Positions 48,228 through 59,047 of a stretch of 64,000 nt of DNA are shown piece by piece; the first letter of the stretch is position 1, and every line of letters begins with the position of its first letter. The notes under the pieces were generated by a model. That model was not told the origin of the DNA. It was given only the letters and a program-made list of their open reading frames with translations, and made no database searches. The stretch comes from an uncultured Clostridium sp. (GTDB lineage: Bacteria; Bacillota; Clostridia; TANB77; CAG-508). The translations under genes were made by a program, and so were the position numbers. The stretch is taken from positions 18,656 to 82,655 of the forward strand of contig CATZPY010000002.1 of the NCBI GenBank assembly GCA_958422985.1. The letters run 5' to 3'.

Positions 48228-49478
48228 ATGAATAGTTTACAAGAAGAATCAAATAGATGCTTAAATTGCAAGGTTAAGCCATGCCAAAAAGCATGCCCTT
48301 TAGGAAATGATATACCTAGTTTTATTAAACTTGTTAAAGAAGATAATTTAAAGGAGGCTTTTAATGTCTTAACACAAACCACTGTTTTAGGTGCAATTTG
48401 TGGTAGAGTTTGCCCTCATTTTAAACAATGTAAGGGAAGCTGTGTACGTGGAATAAAGTCTGAGCCTATAAGTATTGGCGAATTGGAAGCATATGTGTTT
48501 GATAACGCATTTAAAGAAAATTATGATATAAAAACAACTAATGAATTAGAAGGAAAAAAGGTTGTAATAATAGGAGGTGGACCTTCTGGTCTTACTTGTG
48601 CAGCATTTTTAAGGAGGTCTGGTGCAGATGTTACTATTTACGAAAAACAGCCAAAACTTGGTGGCATTACAAGATATGGAATACCAGACTTTAGACTATC
48701 TAGAGAAATAATAGATAAAAACATAGAAAAAATATTAAGTTTAGGAATAAAAGTAGAATGCAATAAAGCTTTAGGAAAAGACTATAACTTAGAAGATTTA
48801 GAAAGAGAATATGATGCCATATATTTAAGCTTTGGAGCAAATGTTTCATCAAAAATGAATATACCAGGTGAAAACTTACAAGGGGTATATGGTGGAAATG
48901 AATTATTAGAAACAAGTATACATCCAAATTATAAAGGGAAAAATATAGCAGTAAGTGGTGGTGGAAATGTAGCCATGGATACTGCAAGAACTATAAAACG
49001 ATTAGGTGCAAAAAATGTATATGTAATATACAGAAGAGCAAAAGAACAAATGCCAGCAGAAGAATTAGAAATAGAAGAAGCAGAAAAAGAAGGAGTAGAA
49101 TTTTTATTTAAAACAAATATTGTAAAAATATTAGGAAACGAAAAAGTAGAAAAATTAGAATGCATAAAAACACAGCTAGTGCAAAAAGAAGGAGAAAAAA
49201 GACCTGTACCTGTAAATATAGAAAATTCTAATTATTTACTAGATATGGACTATGTAGTAATGGCTGTAGGTTCTAAGCCTAATGAAGAGATTGTTTCTAA
49301 AACAAAACTAGAAGTAACACAATATGGGAATATAAAAGTAGATGAAAACTATATGACATCTAAAAAAGGAATATTTGCAGGTGGAGATTTAATAGGGACA
49401 AAGTCGACTGTTGCATGGGCTGCACGTTCTGGAAGAAATGCCTCAGAAGCGATAAAAAACTATTTGTTAGAAGAGTAA
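48228..49478 (+). CDS. NAD(P)H-dependent FAD/FeS oxidoreductase, glutamate synthase small-subunit (GltD)-like
   Basis: N-terminal Cys clusters (CLNCKVKPCQKACP; CGRVCPHFKQCKGSC). Two Rossmann dinucleotide motifs (VVIIGGGPSGLTCA; IAVSGGGNVAMD). Confidence 0.75.
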   Translation: MNSLQEESNRCLNCKVKPCQKACPLGNDIPSFIKLVKEDNLKEAFNVLTQTTVLGAICGRVCPHFKQCKGSCVRGIKSEPISIGELEAYVFDNAFKENYDIKTTNELEGKKVVIIGGGPSGLTCAAFLRRSGADVTIYEKQPKLGGITRYGIPDFRLSREIIDKNIEKILSLGIKVECNKALGKDYNLEDLEREYDAIYLSFGANVSSKMNIPGENLQGVYGGNELLETSIHPNYKGKNIAVSGGGNVAMDTARTIKRLGAKNVYVIYRRAKEQMPAEELEIEEAEKEGVEFLFKTNIVKILGNEKVEKLECIKTQLVQKEGEKRPVPVNIENSNYLLDMDYVVMAVGSKPNEEIVSKTKLEVTQYGNIKVDENYMTSKKGIFAGGDLIGTKSTVAWAARSGRNASEAIKNYLLEE

Positions 49479-49596
49479 ATAGCAATACAATAATAAACAT
49501 CTTATAAAGAACTAAGCAAAGCAAGCACTAAATATTTACTTTTTATATTTTTTGATATATAATTTGGCAAACAAAAATAATGAAGGGATGAAGTTT

Positions 49597-52014
49597 ATGT
49601 ACAATTATAAAGAGGTAGAGAGAAAATGGCAAAATAAGTGGTATACAGAAGGTACCTTTAATGCAAAAAGCGATTATTCAAAAGAAAAATGGTTTGGACT
49701 AATAGAATTTCCTTATCCATCTGGTCAAGGGTTACATGTTGGACACCCAAGAAGTTATACAGCACTAGATATAATAGCTAGGAAAAGAAGAATGCAAGGG
49801 TATAATGTATTATTTCCTATTGGGTTTGATGCATTTGGTCTTCCAGCAGAAAACTATGCAATAAAAAACCATGTTCATCCTAAAATAACAACAGAAAAAA
49901 ATATAAATCATTTTAAAGAGCAATTAAAATCTATTGGTTTCTCTTTTGACTGGTCAAGAGAAGTGAACACAACAGATCCTAATTATTATAAATGGACACA
50001 ATGGATTTTTATACAATTATATAAAAAAGGTTTAGCATATAAAACAACTATGCCAATAAACTTTTGTACAGGCTGTAAAGTAGGACTAGCAAACGAAGAA
50101 GTTGTAAATGGAGTTTGCGAAAGATGTGGTAGTCCAGTTGTACAAAAAGAAAAAAGCCAATGGATGCTAAAAATTACAGAATATGCACAAAGATTAATAG
50201 ATGATTTAGACGATGTTAATTTCTTAGAAAAAATAAAAGCACAACAAATAAATTGGATTGGAAGAAGTGAAGGTGCAGAAGTTAACTTTAAAATAAGTGG
50301 AGAAGATGACAAACTTCTAATTTATACAACTAGACCAGATACAATATTTGGAGCAACATATATGGTTGTAGCACCAGAACACGAAATTATAAAAAAATAC
50401 AAAGACAAAATTACAAATCTTGAAGAAGTAGAAGAATATAAAAGAAAAGCATCATTAAAATCAGATTTCGAAAGAGCAGAGCTAAACAAAGAAAAAACAG
50501 GTGTAGAAATAAAAGGAATAAAAGCAGTAAACCCATTAACAAATGAAGAAATTCCAATTTGGATTTCAGATTATGTATTAATAACATATGGTACAGGGGC
50601 TATTATGGCTGTTCCTGCACATGATGCAAGAGATTTCGAATTTGCTAAAAAGTTTAATTTACCAATTAAACAAGTTATAGTAGAAAAAACAAACAAAGAA
50701 ACATTAGAAGAAATAACAGAACCAATTACAGATGTAAATAATGGTATAGCAGTAAATTCAGAATTTTTAAATGGACTAGAATTTAAAGAAGCAATAAATA
50801 AAGCAATAGAATATATAGAAGAAAATAATTTAGGAGAAAGAAAAGTAAATTATAAACTTCGTGATTGGGTATTTTCTAGACAACGTTATTGGGGAGAACC
50901 AATACCTATGGTATATTGCGATAAATGTGGATGGGTTCCAATTCCAGAAGAAGAATTGCCTTTAAAATTACCAGATGTAGAAGATTACGAGCCAGGAGAA
51001 AATGGAGAATCTCCACTTTCGAAACAAGAGGATTGGATAAATACAACTTGCCCATGTTGCCATGGAAAAGCAAGAAGAGAAACAGACACAATGCCACAAT
51101 GGGCAGGATCTTCATGGTATTACCTAAGATATATGGATCCACACAATGATAATGCATTAGCCTCAAAAGAAGCACTAGAATATTGGTCACCAGTAGACTG
51201 GTATAATGGTGGAATGGAACATACTACTTTACACTTACTATATTCAAGATTTTGGCATAAATTTTTATATGATATTGGAGTTGTACCAACTAAAGAACCA
51301 TATGCAAAACGTACATCACATGGAATGATATTAGGAAGCAATGGTGAAAAAATGTCTAAATCTAAAGGAAACGTAATAAATCCAGACGAAATAGTAGAAG
51401 AATTTGGAGCAGATGCATTTAGAGTTTACGAAATGTTTATGGGACCTTTTGACCAAACAGCTCCATGGTCTATGGAAAGCATTAGAGGATGTATGAAGTT
51501 CCTAGATAGAGTTTGGAATATGCAAGACTTCTTAGTAGAAGGAGATAAATATTCAGAAAAATTCGAAAAGATGATGAATAAAGCAATAAAGAAAATTTCT
51601 ACAGATATAGAAGAAATGAAATTTAATACTTCTGTTGCCACATTTATGACAATGGTAAATGAATTTTATAAAGAAAAACAAATTAACAAAGCAGAATTCA
51701 GCACATTTTTACAATTATTAAATCCATTTGCACCACATATGACAGAAGAATTATATAAAATAATAGGTGGAAAAGAAGACTTGGCATATAAAGATTGGCC
51801 AACATATGATGAAGCAAAAACAGTAGAAGATGAAATAGAAATACCTGTTCAAATAAAAGGAAAAGTTAAAGCGACAATTACTATTAAAAAAGATGAAGAT
51901 GAAGAAATAGTAAAACAAAAAGCAAATGAAGCAGTTGCTAGCCAAATAGAAGGCAAAAAAATAATAAAAGAAATATATGTTAAAAATAAAATATATAACA
52001 TAGTAATTGCTTAA
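49597..52014 (+). CDS. leuS: leucyl-tRNA synthetase
   Basis: HVGH-type motif ([15 protein letters not shown]), KMSKS motif and a CP1 editing domain. The ATG at 49597 is preferred because of its AAGGGA RBS. No T-box leader is evident upstream. Confidence 0.93.
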   Translation: MYNYKEVERKWQNKWYTEGTFNAKSDYSKEKWFGLIEFPYPSGQGLHVGHPRSYTALDIIARKRRMQGYNVLFPIGFDAFGLPAENYAIKNHVHPKITTEKNINHFKEQLKSIGFSFDWSREVNTTDPNYYKWTQWIFIQLYKKGLAYKTTMPINFCTGCKVGLANEEVVNGVCERCGSPVVQKEKSQWMLKITEYAQRLIDDLDDVNFLEKIKAQQINWIGRSEGAEVNFKISGEDDKLLIYTTRPDTIFGATYMVVAPEHEIIKKYKDKITNLEEVEEYKRKASLKSDFERAELNKEKTGVEIKGIKAVNPLTNEEIPIWISDYVLITYGTGAIMAVPAHDARDFEFAKKFNLPIKQVIVEKTNKETLEEITEPITDVNNGIAVNSEFLNGLEFKEAINKAIEYIEENNLGERKVNYKLRDWVFSRQRYWGEPIPMVYCDKCGWVPIPEEELPLKLPDVEDYEPGENGESPLSKQEDWINTTCPCCHGKARRETDTMPQWAGSSWYYLRYMDPHNDNALASKEALEYWSPVDWYNGGMEHTTLHLLYSRFWHKFLYDIGVVPTKEPYAKRTSHGMILGSNGEKMSKSKGNVINPDEIVEEFGADAFRVYEMFMGPFDQTAPWSMESIRGCMKFLDRVWNMQDFLVEGDKYSEKFEKMMNKAIKKISTDIEEMKFNTSVATFMTMVNEFYKEKQINKAEFSTFLQLLNPFAPHMTEELYKIIGGKEDLAYKDWPTYDEAKTVEDEIEIPVQIKGKVKATITIKKDEDEEIVKQKANEAVASQIEGKKIIKEIYVKNKIYNIVIA

Positions 52015-52068
52015 AAAGAACAAATAATTTGAACTATATTAAACTACAATATACATATCAGTTAAAAA

Positions 52069-52116
52069 AGAACATTACAGTTATGTTTTGTAACATAGCT
52101 GTAATGCTTTTTTAAT
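52069..52116 (+). terminator. Rho-independent terminator after leuS
   Basis: CATTACAGTTATGTT...AACATAGCTGTAATG followed by CTTTTTT. Confidence 0.65.
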
Positions 52117-52188
52117 AAGAATGTTATAGAAGTTTGATTTATATATAGTATAATATAATTATCTATAAGTGTATTAGGGAGAAAGAAT

Positions 52189-53298
52189 ATGGGGATAGAA
52201 TCAAACTTAAAAAAAGAAGGAATTCAAGTTATAGAAGAACTTGATAAGATAAAAGTTAATACAATAGCTAAAAATGTTGCTCAAAAAATTGTAGCTGCAT
52301 TTCCTAATATGGAGTTTAAATTAGGTGAAATATTTATAAAACTTTCACAAATAAAAATGTATTATGCAGAAGTTCCAAAAGGTTTTTCAGAAGCTAATTA
52401 TTTTTATAAAAATACATCAATATATTTTAATTGTGAAGTACCATTAGAAAAAATTGAAGACTATGCTATACACGAGTGCATTCACTATTTGCAAGAAAGA
52501 AAAGATAAAGCCGGGTTTTTAATAAGATTAGGTTTATGTGATTTAACACAATACAAAGTGCATGGTTTAGCGCTAAACGAGGCAGCAGTACAATATGCTA
52601 CAGCAAGAGCTACAAAAGAACCAAAAGATAATGTAAAATATTATGGAATTTCGTTTGATACAATTAGCCCTACTTGTTACCCTTTAATATGTAATTTGAT
52701 TGTACAAATGGCATATGTAACAGGAGAAGATGTTCTTTTAGATAGCGTATTTAACAGTAATAATAATTTTAAAGAAACATTTATAGAAAAAACAACAGAA
52801 GAGACATTTTACACTTTAGAGAAAAATTTCGACAAATTGTTAAAATTAGAGGAAGAATTATTAAAACTAAATAACAAAATAGAAATTACAGATAATTTAA
52901 ATTCTTCTATGAATAAAAAAAGAGTTAAAATAAAAAATGATATTCAAAAAACTTTTATGGATTCTCAAAATTTAATAATAACTTCTTATTTTGATACATC
53001 TTTTAACAAAATTACAAATTTAGAAGAAGTAGAAAATTACAGAAGAGCTTTATATAACTATAAAGACTTAGTAGGATATGTGGAAGGAAAAGATGAATTT
53101 AACGAATATTATATAAAAACAATGAATAAATTAGAAAACAAATATAATGAATTAGAAAATGAAAATTTATTAGATGACACAGAAGAAATAGTAGATTTAC
53201 CAATAGAAAGAAAAAATAAATTCCAAATTATATGGCAAACTATAAAGAAATTTTTATTTAAATCAGGAGAAGAATATCAAAGAGAAACTGAAAAATAG
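52189..53298 (+). CDS. hypothetical protein with an HExxH motif (HECIHYLQ; downstream NEAAVQY) and a coiled-coil C-terminal half
   Basis: ORF only. Possible zincin-like fold. The C-terminus is Lys/Glu/Asn-rich and predicted helical. Confidence 0.4.
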   Translation: MGIESNLKKEGIQVIEELDKIKVNTIAKNVAQKIVAAFPNMEFKLGEIFIKLSQIKMYYAEVPKGFSEANYFYKNTSIYFNCEVPLEKIEDYAIHECIHYLQERKDKAGFLIRLGLCDLTQYKVHGLALNEAAVQYATARATKEPKDNVKYYGISFDTISPTCYPLICNLIVQMAYVTGEDVLLDSVFNSNNNFKETFIEKTTEETFYTLEKNFDKLLKLEEELLKLNNKIEITDNLNSSMNKKRVKIKNDIQKTFMDSQNLIITSYFDTSFNKITNLEEVENYRRALYNYKDLVGYVEGKDEFNEYYIKTMNKLENKYNELENENLLDDTEEIVDLPIERKNKFQIIWQTIKKFLFKSGEEYQRETEK

Positions 53299-53308
53299 TA
53301 TTTAGCTA

Positions 53309-53508
53309 TTGACAATATAAAAAATAGATGGTATTATATATAGGCGATTAAAGAAGAAGGTAACCACTTCCACCTTGTCTATATAAATAGAAAGGTAAAA
53401 ATAATTCAATATATATAGTATATAATTATTTTAGTGGGTTAACTTGCGTCTTTAAGTTAATTCATTTTTTTATTGCTTATTTATAAGCAAAATATATGGA
53501 GGTGTTTT
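53309..53508 (+). promoter_or_regulatory. infC-rpmI-rplT promoter (TTGACA-17-TATTAT) plus an L20-leader-type 5' UTR with an attenuator terminator (53439-53471)
   Basis: -35 at 53309-53314 and -10 at 53332-53337. The leader of about 170 nt ends in the hairpin TTAACTT-gcgtcttt-AAGTTAA plus a T-run, just before the infC RBS. This matches the position of the Firmicutes L20-binding leader. Confidence 0.55.
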
Positions 53509-54021
53509 ATAATAAAACAAGATTTACCTATTAACGAAAAAATAAGAGCCAAAGAAGTAAACTTAATAGATGAAAATGGCGAAAAATTAGGAGTAATGTC
53601 ACTTAATGAAGCTTTAAGAATAGCTTCAGAAAAGAATTTAGATGTAGCTTTAGTTTCTCCAAATACTGTGCCACCTGTTTGCAAAATTATGAATTATGGT
53701 AAATATAAATTCGAACAAGCAAAAAGGGAAAAAGAGGCAAAGAAAAAACAAAAAGTATTTGAATTAAAAGAAATAAGAGTAACACCTAATATAGAAGAAC
53801 ACGATTTTAGCTTCAAATCTAAAAATGTAAGAAAATTCATAGAAGATGGTGCAAAAGTAAAAATTACAGTTAGATTTAGAGGAAGAGAAGTTAATAATGT
53901 TAAATTAGGGGAAGCAGTTATCAACAAATTTATAGAAGAATTAAAAGATATAGCAACTCCAGAAAAGAAACCTTTATTAGAAGGTAGAAATATGTTTGTA
54001 ATTTTATCAAAAAAAGCATAA
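53509..54021 (+). CDS. infC: translation initiation factor IF-3 with a non-AUG (ATA/ATT-class) start
   Basis: Conserved IF3 N- and C-domains (INEKIRAKEVNLIDENGEKLGVMS...; KEIRVTPNIEEHDF...). A GGAGGTG RBS lies 4-7 nt before in-frame ATA codons at 53509 and 53512. No in-frame ATG is available. Confidence 0.85.
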   Translation: MIKQDLPINEKIRAKEVNLIDENGEKLGVMSLNEALRIASEKNLDVALVSPNTVPPVCKIMNYGKYKFEQAKREKEAKKKQKVFELKEIRVTPNIEEHDFSFKSKNVRKFIEDGAKVKITVRFRGREVNNVKLGEAVINKFIEELKDIATPEKKPLLEGRNMFVILSKKA

Positions 54022-54040
54022 ATAGAAAGGAGCAATTAAA

Positions 54041-54238
54041 ATGCCAAAATTAAAAACAAATAAAGCTGCAAGCAAAAGATATGGGTTTACAGCAAAAGGA
54101 AAAGTAAAAAGAACATCTGCAAATGCAAGACACAGATTATCTACAAAAACAAGCAGACAAAAAATGTCTAGAAAACAAAATTCTTATGCAGACAAAACAT
54201 GTGTAGAAGGAATTAAAAAATTATTACCTTATGGTTAA
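54041..54238 (+). CDS. rpmI: 50S ribosomal protein L35
   Basis: MPKLKTNKAASKRYGFTAKGKVKR. Confidence 0.93.
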   Translation: MPKLKTNKAASKRYGFTAKGKVKRTSANARHRLSTKTSRQKMSRKQNSYADKTCVEGIKKLLPYG

Positions 54239-54270
54239 TAAGAAGAACGAAGAATAAGGAGGAATAGAAA

Positions 54271-54621
54271 ATGGCAAGAGTAAAAACAGCAAGAATTACT
54301 CGTAAAAAACATAAAAAAGTATTAAAACAAGCAAAAGGATATTTTGGAGCAAAAAGATATAGATTCAGAATGGCTAAACAAGCTGTTATGAAATCTGGAA
54401 TGTATGCTTATATAGCTAGAAAAGATAAAAAGAGTAATTTTAGAAAATTATGGATAGCAAGAATAAATGCTGCTGCAAGAATGAATGGAATTTCTTACAG
54501 CAAATTAATAGCAGGATTAAAGAAAGCTAATGTAACAATAAACAGAAAAATGTTAGCAGACATAGCTATAACAGATCCAAAAGCATTTACAGAAATTGCA
54601 GAAATCGCAAAAAAAGCATAA
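54271..54621 (+). CDS. rplT: 50S ribosomal protein L20
   Basis: [40 protein letters not shown] terminator lies at 54636-54666. Confidence 0.95.
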   Translation: MARVKTARITRKKHKKVLKQAKGYFGAKRYRFRMAKQAVMKSGMYAYIARKDKKSNFRKLWIARINAAARMNGISYSKLIAGLKKANVTINRKMLADIAITDPKAFTEIAEIAKKA

Positions 54622-54745
54622 ATTAAAAAAGTTCTAAAATACTAGTTTTTTAAACTAGTATTTTTATGTGCTAAAATTTTATTTTAAATTTTAACAAAAA
54701 ATGTTAAAACGCTCATATTATATATTAAGAAAGGAGGAATATTTT

Positions 54746-55243
54746 ATGTCTGAAGACCAAAAAGTAGTATCTATTATAGATTATATAAACGAAAATAACA
54801 TATGTAATAAATATTTAAATAAAATAAATTCTATAATTGGAAGTAGTAATGTAGAAGTATTAGCAAGAGTAAAAGATAAAGAATCTGCATTACAGAAAAT
54901 GCAAGTAAGAAAATTTACATATGCAAACCAGATAAGTGATTTTATAGGATTTATGTTAGTTACAGACAAAGTAGAAGATGTATATAAAATTAGAAATAAA
55001 TTAAAAAATACATTTGGAAATTGTAAAGAAGAGGATTATATTAAAAATCCTAAAAATGGATACCAAAGTATTCATTTAAACTATTTTGTAGAGAAGAATA
55101 TTCCTCTAGAAATACAAATAAAAACTAAAAGAATGAAGTTAGCACAAGACATAGTACATGATAAAATATATAAGAACTTTAAATTGTCAGAAGATTTAAG
55201 AAATGTGCTAAGCAAATTAGCATTTTTAAAGATTTTAAAATAA
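54746..55243 (+). CDS. RelA/SpoT-domain nucleotidyltransferase (putative small alarmone synthetase, 165 aa)
   Basis: GYQSIHLNY...LEIQIKTKRMKLAQDIVHDKIYK resembles the (p)ppGpp synthetase motif (GYRSLH...EIQIRT...H...YK). RBS AAGGAGG. Confidence 0.5.
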   Translation: MSEDQKVVSIIDYINENNICNKYLNKINSIIGSSNVEVLARVKDKESALQKMQVRKFTYANQISDFIGFMLVTDKVEDVYKIRNKLKNTFGNCKEEDYIKNPKNGYQSIHLNYFVEKNIPLEIQIKTKRMKLAQDIVHDKIYKNFKLSEDLRNVLSKLAFLKILK

Positions 55244-55308
55244 AAGCTTTGCTAAAGGTATATAGAGCAAAGCCCGAATAAATTAAAAAAAGCAATAAAG
55301 AATATTCT

Positions 55309-55704
55309 TTATTGCTTTTTCATTTTAGGTTTTGCAATTAGTGAAGCTAAATATCCAAAGAAAATTGCAGCTGCAATTCCACCAGCAGCATTTTTTATTC
55401 CACCTGTAAATGCACCTAAAAGTCCAGAAGTTTTAACACCTTCTATAGCACCTTTAGCTAAGTTATACCCAAAGCCAGTAAGAGGAACTGTAGCACCTGC
55501 ACCTGCAAAATCTACTAAATATTTGTATATACCAAGCCCACCTAAAATAACACCAAGAGTTACGAAAGAAACTAGAATTCTTGCAGGAGTTAATTTTGTT
55601 TTATCTATTAAAATTTGTCCAATTACACATATTAAACCACCAACAACAAAAGCTTTTAATAGTGAGCTCCATTCAAAAACTGACATCCAATCTATATTAC
55701 TCAT
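55309..55704 (-). CDS. spoVAE: stage V sporulation protein AE (SpoVAEb; SpoVAC/SpoVAEb family)
   Basis: AFVVGGLICVIGQILID motif. It is the third gene of the spoVAC-spoVAD-spoVAE operon. Confidence 0.8.
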   Translation of the reverse strand: MSNIDWMSVFEWSSLLKAFVVGGLICVIGQILIDKTKLTPARILVSFVTLGVILGGLGIYKYLVDFAGAGATVPLTGFGYNLAKGAIEGVKTSGLLGAFTGGIKNAAGGIAAAIFFGYLASLIAKPKMKKQ

Positions 55705-55778
55705 AAAAATTCCTCCAATAATTACGATTTATACAGTTTTAACTTTTTATACTGCAAAATCTTAAAAATAACTACGAT

Positions 55779-56783
55779 TTATACTTCAATACTAATAGCA
55801 TGTGCAATGCCGGGAATACTTTCGCCTTGCTGTGATGATGTGGCATTCATTAAAGCTCCAGTTGCTATTAACAATATCTTTTTATATTTTTTGGTTTGTA
55901 GCATATTAAATAAATAGCCAGAAAAAACTGTACCACAACAAGCACAACCACTTCCACCAGAATGAGTATCTTGAGTTTCTTTGTCAAAAATTAAAACACC
56001 ACAATCATTATAATTAGACTTTATGTTATAACCTTTTGTTTGTGCAAGTTCGATTAATATGTCTTTACCAACATGACCTAAATCACCAGTTATTATTGCA
56101 TCATAATAACTAGGCTTTCTTCCTGTATCGGTTAAATGGGTAATTAAAGTATCTAATGCAGCGGGAGCCATGGCAGCACCCATATTGTTACCATCTTTAA
56201 TACCCATATCTATAATTTTTCCAGGGGTAAAATGAGTTATAAAAGGCCCAGTACCATTAGAAGACAAAATTGCAGAGCCAGCGCCAGTAACAGTCCATTG
56301 AGAAGATTGTGGTCTTTGGTTCCCAAGCTCTAATGGAAATCTAAATTGTTTTTCTGCACTACAAAAATGGCTAGAAGCACCACAAATAACATTATTTGCA
56401 GCTCCACTATCTATAAATATAGATCCTACACCTAAACCTTCAACGAAAGTAGAACAAGCGCCAAATATGCCTATAAAAGGAATATCTAAGTCACGAAGAC
56501 CAAAACTAGAAGATATACATTGGTTTAATAAATCACCAGCAAAACAATAATCTATGCTAGAAGCAGGAAGATTAGATTTTTTTATTGCAGAATAAAAAGT
56601 TTCTTTTAATATTTTACTTTCAGCTTTTTCCCAAGTCTTTTCTCCCCAAAACTCATCTTCTAAACATTTGTCAAAATATTTAGCAAGAGGTCCTTCTGCT
56701 TCTTTTGGACCAACGATACAGGCAGTATCTAATATGGTTGGAAGATTTGTAAATTTTATAGTTTGTTTTCCTAACTTTTCCAA
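55779..56783 (-). CDS. spoVAD: stage V sporulation protein AD (thiolase-like fold)
   Basis: SpoVAD-specific segments (FIGIFGACSTFVEGL; GGSGCACCG), 334 aa. Confidence 0.9.
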   Translation of the reverse strand: MEKLGKQTIKFTNLPTILDTACIVGPKEAEGPLAKYFDKCLEDEFWGEKTWEKAESKILKETFYSAIKKSNLPASSIDYCFAGDLLNQCISSSFGLRDLDIPFIGIFGACSTFVEGLGVGSIFIDSGAANNVICGASSHFCSAEKQFRFPLELGNQRPQSSQWTVTGAGSAILSSNGTGPFITHFTPGKIIDMGIKDGNNMGAAMAPAALDTLITHLTDTGRKPSYYDAIITGDLGHVGKDILIELAQTKGYNIKSNYNDCGVLIFDKETQDTHSGGSGCACCGTVFSGYLFNMLQTKKYKKILLIATGALMNATSSQQGESIPGIAHAISIEV

Positions 56784-56795
56784 AAAATCATCTCC

Positions 56796-57260
56796 TTATG
56801 CTAAAGTAATACCTTGTGTATTAAAAATAAGGTATATAATTCCAACAATTATAGAGCTACAAATGCCAAAGACCAAAACAGGGCCTGCAATAGTAAACAT
56901 TTTACTTCCAACACCCATAACATAGCCTTCAGATTTATATTCTATAGATGGAGCAACAATCGAATTAGCAAAACCTGTAATAGGAACTAAAGAACCAGCG
57001 CCTGCAAATTTACCTATTTTGTTAAATATGTTTAATCCAGTTAAAAATGCGCTAAGACCTATTAAAATAATAGAAGCGATAGTTCCAGATGTAGCTTCGT
57101 CTAAACCACGTGCCTTGCAGATAAGAAGAATAATTTGTCCGAAAGTACAAATTAAACCACCTACCCAAAAAGCATTAAAACAGTTCTTTAGTATAGGGGA
57201 ATTTGGAGACTTTTTATTTACATATTCTTGATATTTTTTTTGTGTTTCTATAGGTTGCAT
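56796..57260 (-). CDS. spoVAC: stage V sporulation protein AC
   Basis: FNAFWVGGLICTFGQIIL motif and 4 TM helices. Confidence 0.85.
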   Translation of the reverse strand: MQPIETQKKYQEYVNKKSPNSPILKNCFNAFWVGGLICTFGQIILLICKARGLDEATSGTIASIILIGLSAFLTGLNIFNKIGKFAGAGSLVPITGFANSIVAPSIEYKSEGYVMGVGSKMFTIAGPVLVFGICSSIIVGIIYLIFNTQGITLA

Positions 57261-57272
57261 AAATACTCCTTT

Positions 57273-57485
57273 CTATTCATTCGAATGATCAATAAAAAAA
57301 GTAAGCTCTATTTCTGCAAAATATTCTACAATTTTTCCATCTTGAATATTTGCAGTTTGATCTATAACTTTAACCTCTGATATATAATTTATCGTTTTAG
57401 AAGCTTCACTAATAGTTTGTACAATTGCATCTTTCCAAGATATATTAGAAGAACCTCTAACGCGAATGTGTTTTTCAACAGTCAT
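57273..57485 (-). CDS. dodecin (flavin-binding) family protein
   Basis: 70 aa. VRGSSNISWKDAI...KTINYISEVKVIDQTANIQDGKIVEY matches dodecin. Confidence 0.7.
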   Translation of the reverse strand: MTVEKHIRVRGSSNISWKDAIVQTISEASKTINYISEVKVIDQTANIQDGKIVEYFAEIELTFFIDHSNE

Positions 57486-57599
57486 TTGCTAATACCTCCT
57501 ATAAATAAAATTAGTAATATTTTTTACAATTAATTTAATTTTATACAAGAAAATGGTATAATGTATAAAGTTATAATGGGAAAGGGAGAAAAATATTTA

Positions 57600-58901
57600 A
57601 TGAAAATAGATTTTGCACGAAATATTGCGCTAAAAATAATATACGAAGTAAATGCTAAACAAGCATATTCTAATATAGTGCTAGACAAATACATTAACGA
57701 AAATAGAGATAAACTAAGTAATGTAGATATTAATTTTATTTCGGAATTAGTATATGGTGTTATAACATGGAAATTAACATTAGAAGATGTAATTCAAAAA
57801 TATTCAAAAACTAAGCTTAAAAAAATGTCAGATTGGGTAAGAAATATCTTATACTTGGGAAGTTATCAAATAATATTCTTAGATAAAGTACCAAAGTCAG
57901 CAGCAGTAAACGAAAGTGTTAATTTATGCAAAAAATATAATTTTAAATCTGCAAATTTAGTTAATGCAATTTTAAGAAAAATAAGCAAAGAAGATTACGA
58001 AGAAATTAATAATATAACAAATAGTATAACTAAAGTTAGTTTAAAATATTCTATTCCAGAATGGATGGTAAAGAAATTTTTTAGCGAATATGGTGAAAAC
58101 AAAGCAGAAGAAATTTGCAAGAATTTAAATTTAAGACCAAATATGTCTGTAAGACTAAATAGTTTAAAAGAAAAAATAGAAATAGGAAATAAAGGAATTT
58201 TAGAAGATTTTAGAGTAGTTACAAAAACTAAAAACATTATTAAAACCAAAGAATATGAAGAAGGCTATATAACTCTTCAAGATGAAGCAGCTGGTTTAAG
58301 TAGCTTTGTTTTAAAACCAAAAAAAGGAGATTTTGTATTAGATGCATGTAGTGCTCCTGGTGGAAAGACTACTTATTTAGCAGAAATAATGCAAAATGAA
58401 GGAAAAATTATAGCATGGGATATTTACGAAGAAAGATTAAAACAAGTTAGCCAAAATGCTAAAAGATTAGGTATAAGCATTATAGAAACGCAAGTAAATG
58501 ATGCAACTATTTTAAAAGAAGAGTTTAAAAATAAATTTGATAAAATATTACTAGATGTGCCTTGCCTTGGGCTAGGAGTAATTAGAAGAAAACCAGATAT
58601 AAAATGGAATAGGAAAGAAGAAGATATTAAAGAGATTTCTAATATTCAGTACAAGATATTAAAAACTTGTGCAAATTATTTAAAAAAAGATGGAGTTTTA
58701 GTATATTCTACATGTAGTATGCTAAAAGAAGAAAACGAACTTATAATAAATAAATTTTTACAAGAAGAAAATTTTACAACTGTTAATATAGAAGAAAACA
58801 TCCCTAAAGAATTTTATAAAATAACAAAGAACAATATGGTGCAATTTTTGCCAAGCGAAAAACATGACGGATTTTTTATAACGATGCTAAAAAGAAAATA
58901 A
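57600..58901 (+). CDS. rsmB: 16S rRNA (cytosine967-C5)-methyltransferase RsmB/Sun
   Basis: N-terminal NusB-like domain, SAM-binding motif (DACSAPGGKT) and catalytic Cys (STCSM). Confidence 0.88.
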   Translation: MKIDFARNIALKIIYEVNAKQAYSNIVLDKYINENRDKLSNVDINFISELVYGVITWKLTLEDVIQKYSKTKLKKMSDWVRNILYLGSYQIIFLDKVPKSAAVNESVNLCKKYNFKSANLVNAILRKISKEDYEEINNITNSITKVSLKYSIPEWMVKKFFSEYGENKAEEICKNLNLRPNMSVRLNSLKEKIEIGNKGILEDFRVVTKTKNIIKTKEYEEGYITLQDEAAGLSSFVLKPKKGDFVLDACSAPGGKTTYLAEIMQNEGKIIAWDIYEERLKQVSQNAKRLGISIIETQVNDATILKEEFKNKFDKILLDVPCLGLGVIRRKPDIKWNRKEEDIKEISNIQYKILKTCANYLKKDGVLVYSTCSMLKEENELIINKFLQEENFTTVNIEENIPKEFYKITKNNMVQFLPSEKHDGFFITMLKRK

Positions 58902-59047
58902 AAATAGCTATATTACGATAATATTACATTAATATTATGTTTAAATTAAACACCTTGACTTTTTTACATAAACATATAAAATATTGGTATATAAAAACAG
59001 TAAAAGTGCTACGCACAATATATATACAAAAGAAGGGAGACGTTTAT

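Noticed and set aside
49480-49596. Possible T-box leaders upstream of leuS (and proS at 31055-31087).
   Set aside because: The leaders are about 118 nt and 33 nt, too short for a T-box. No specifier-loop, AGAGA or T-box antiterminator (UGGNACCGCG-like) sequences are visible.
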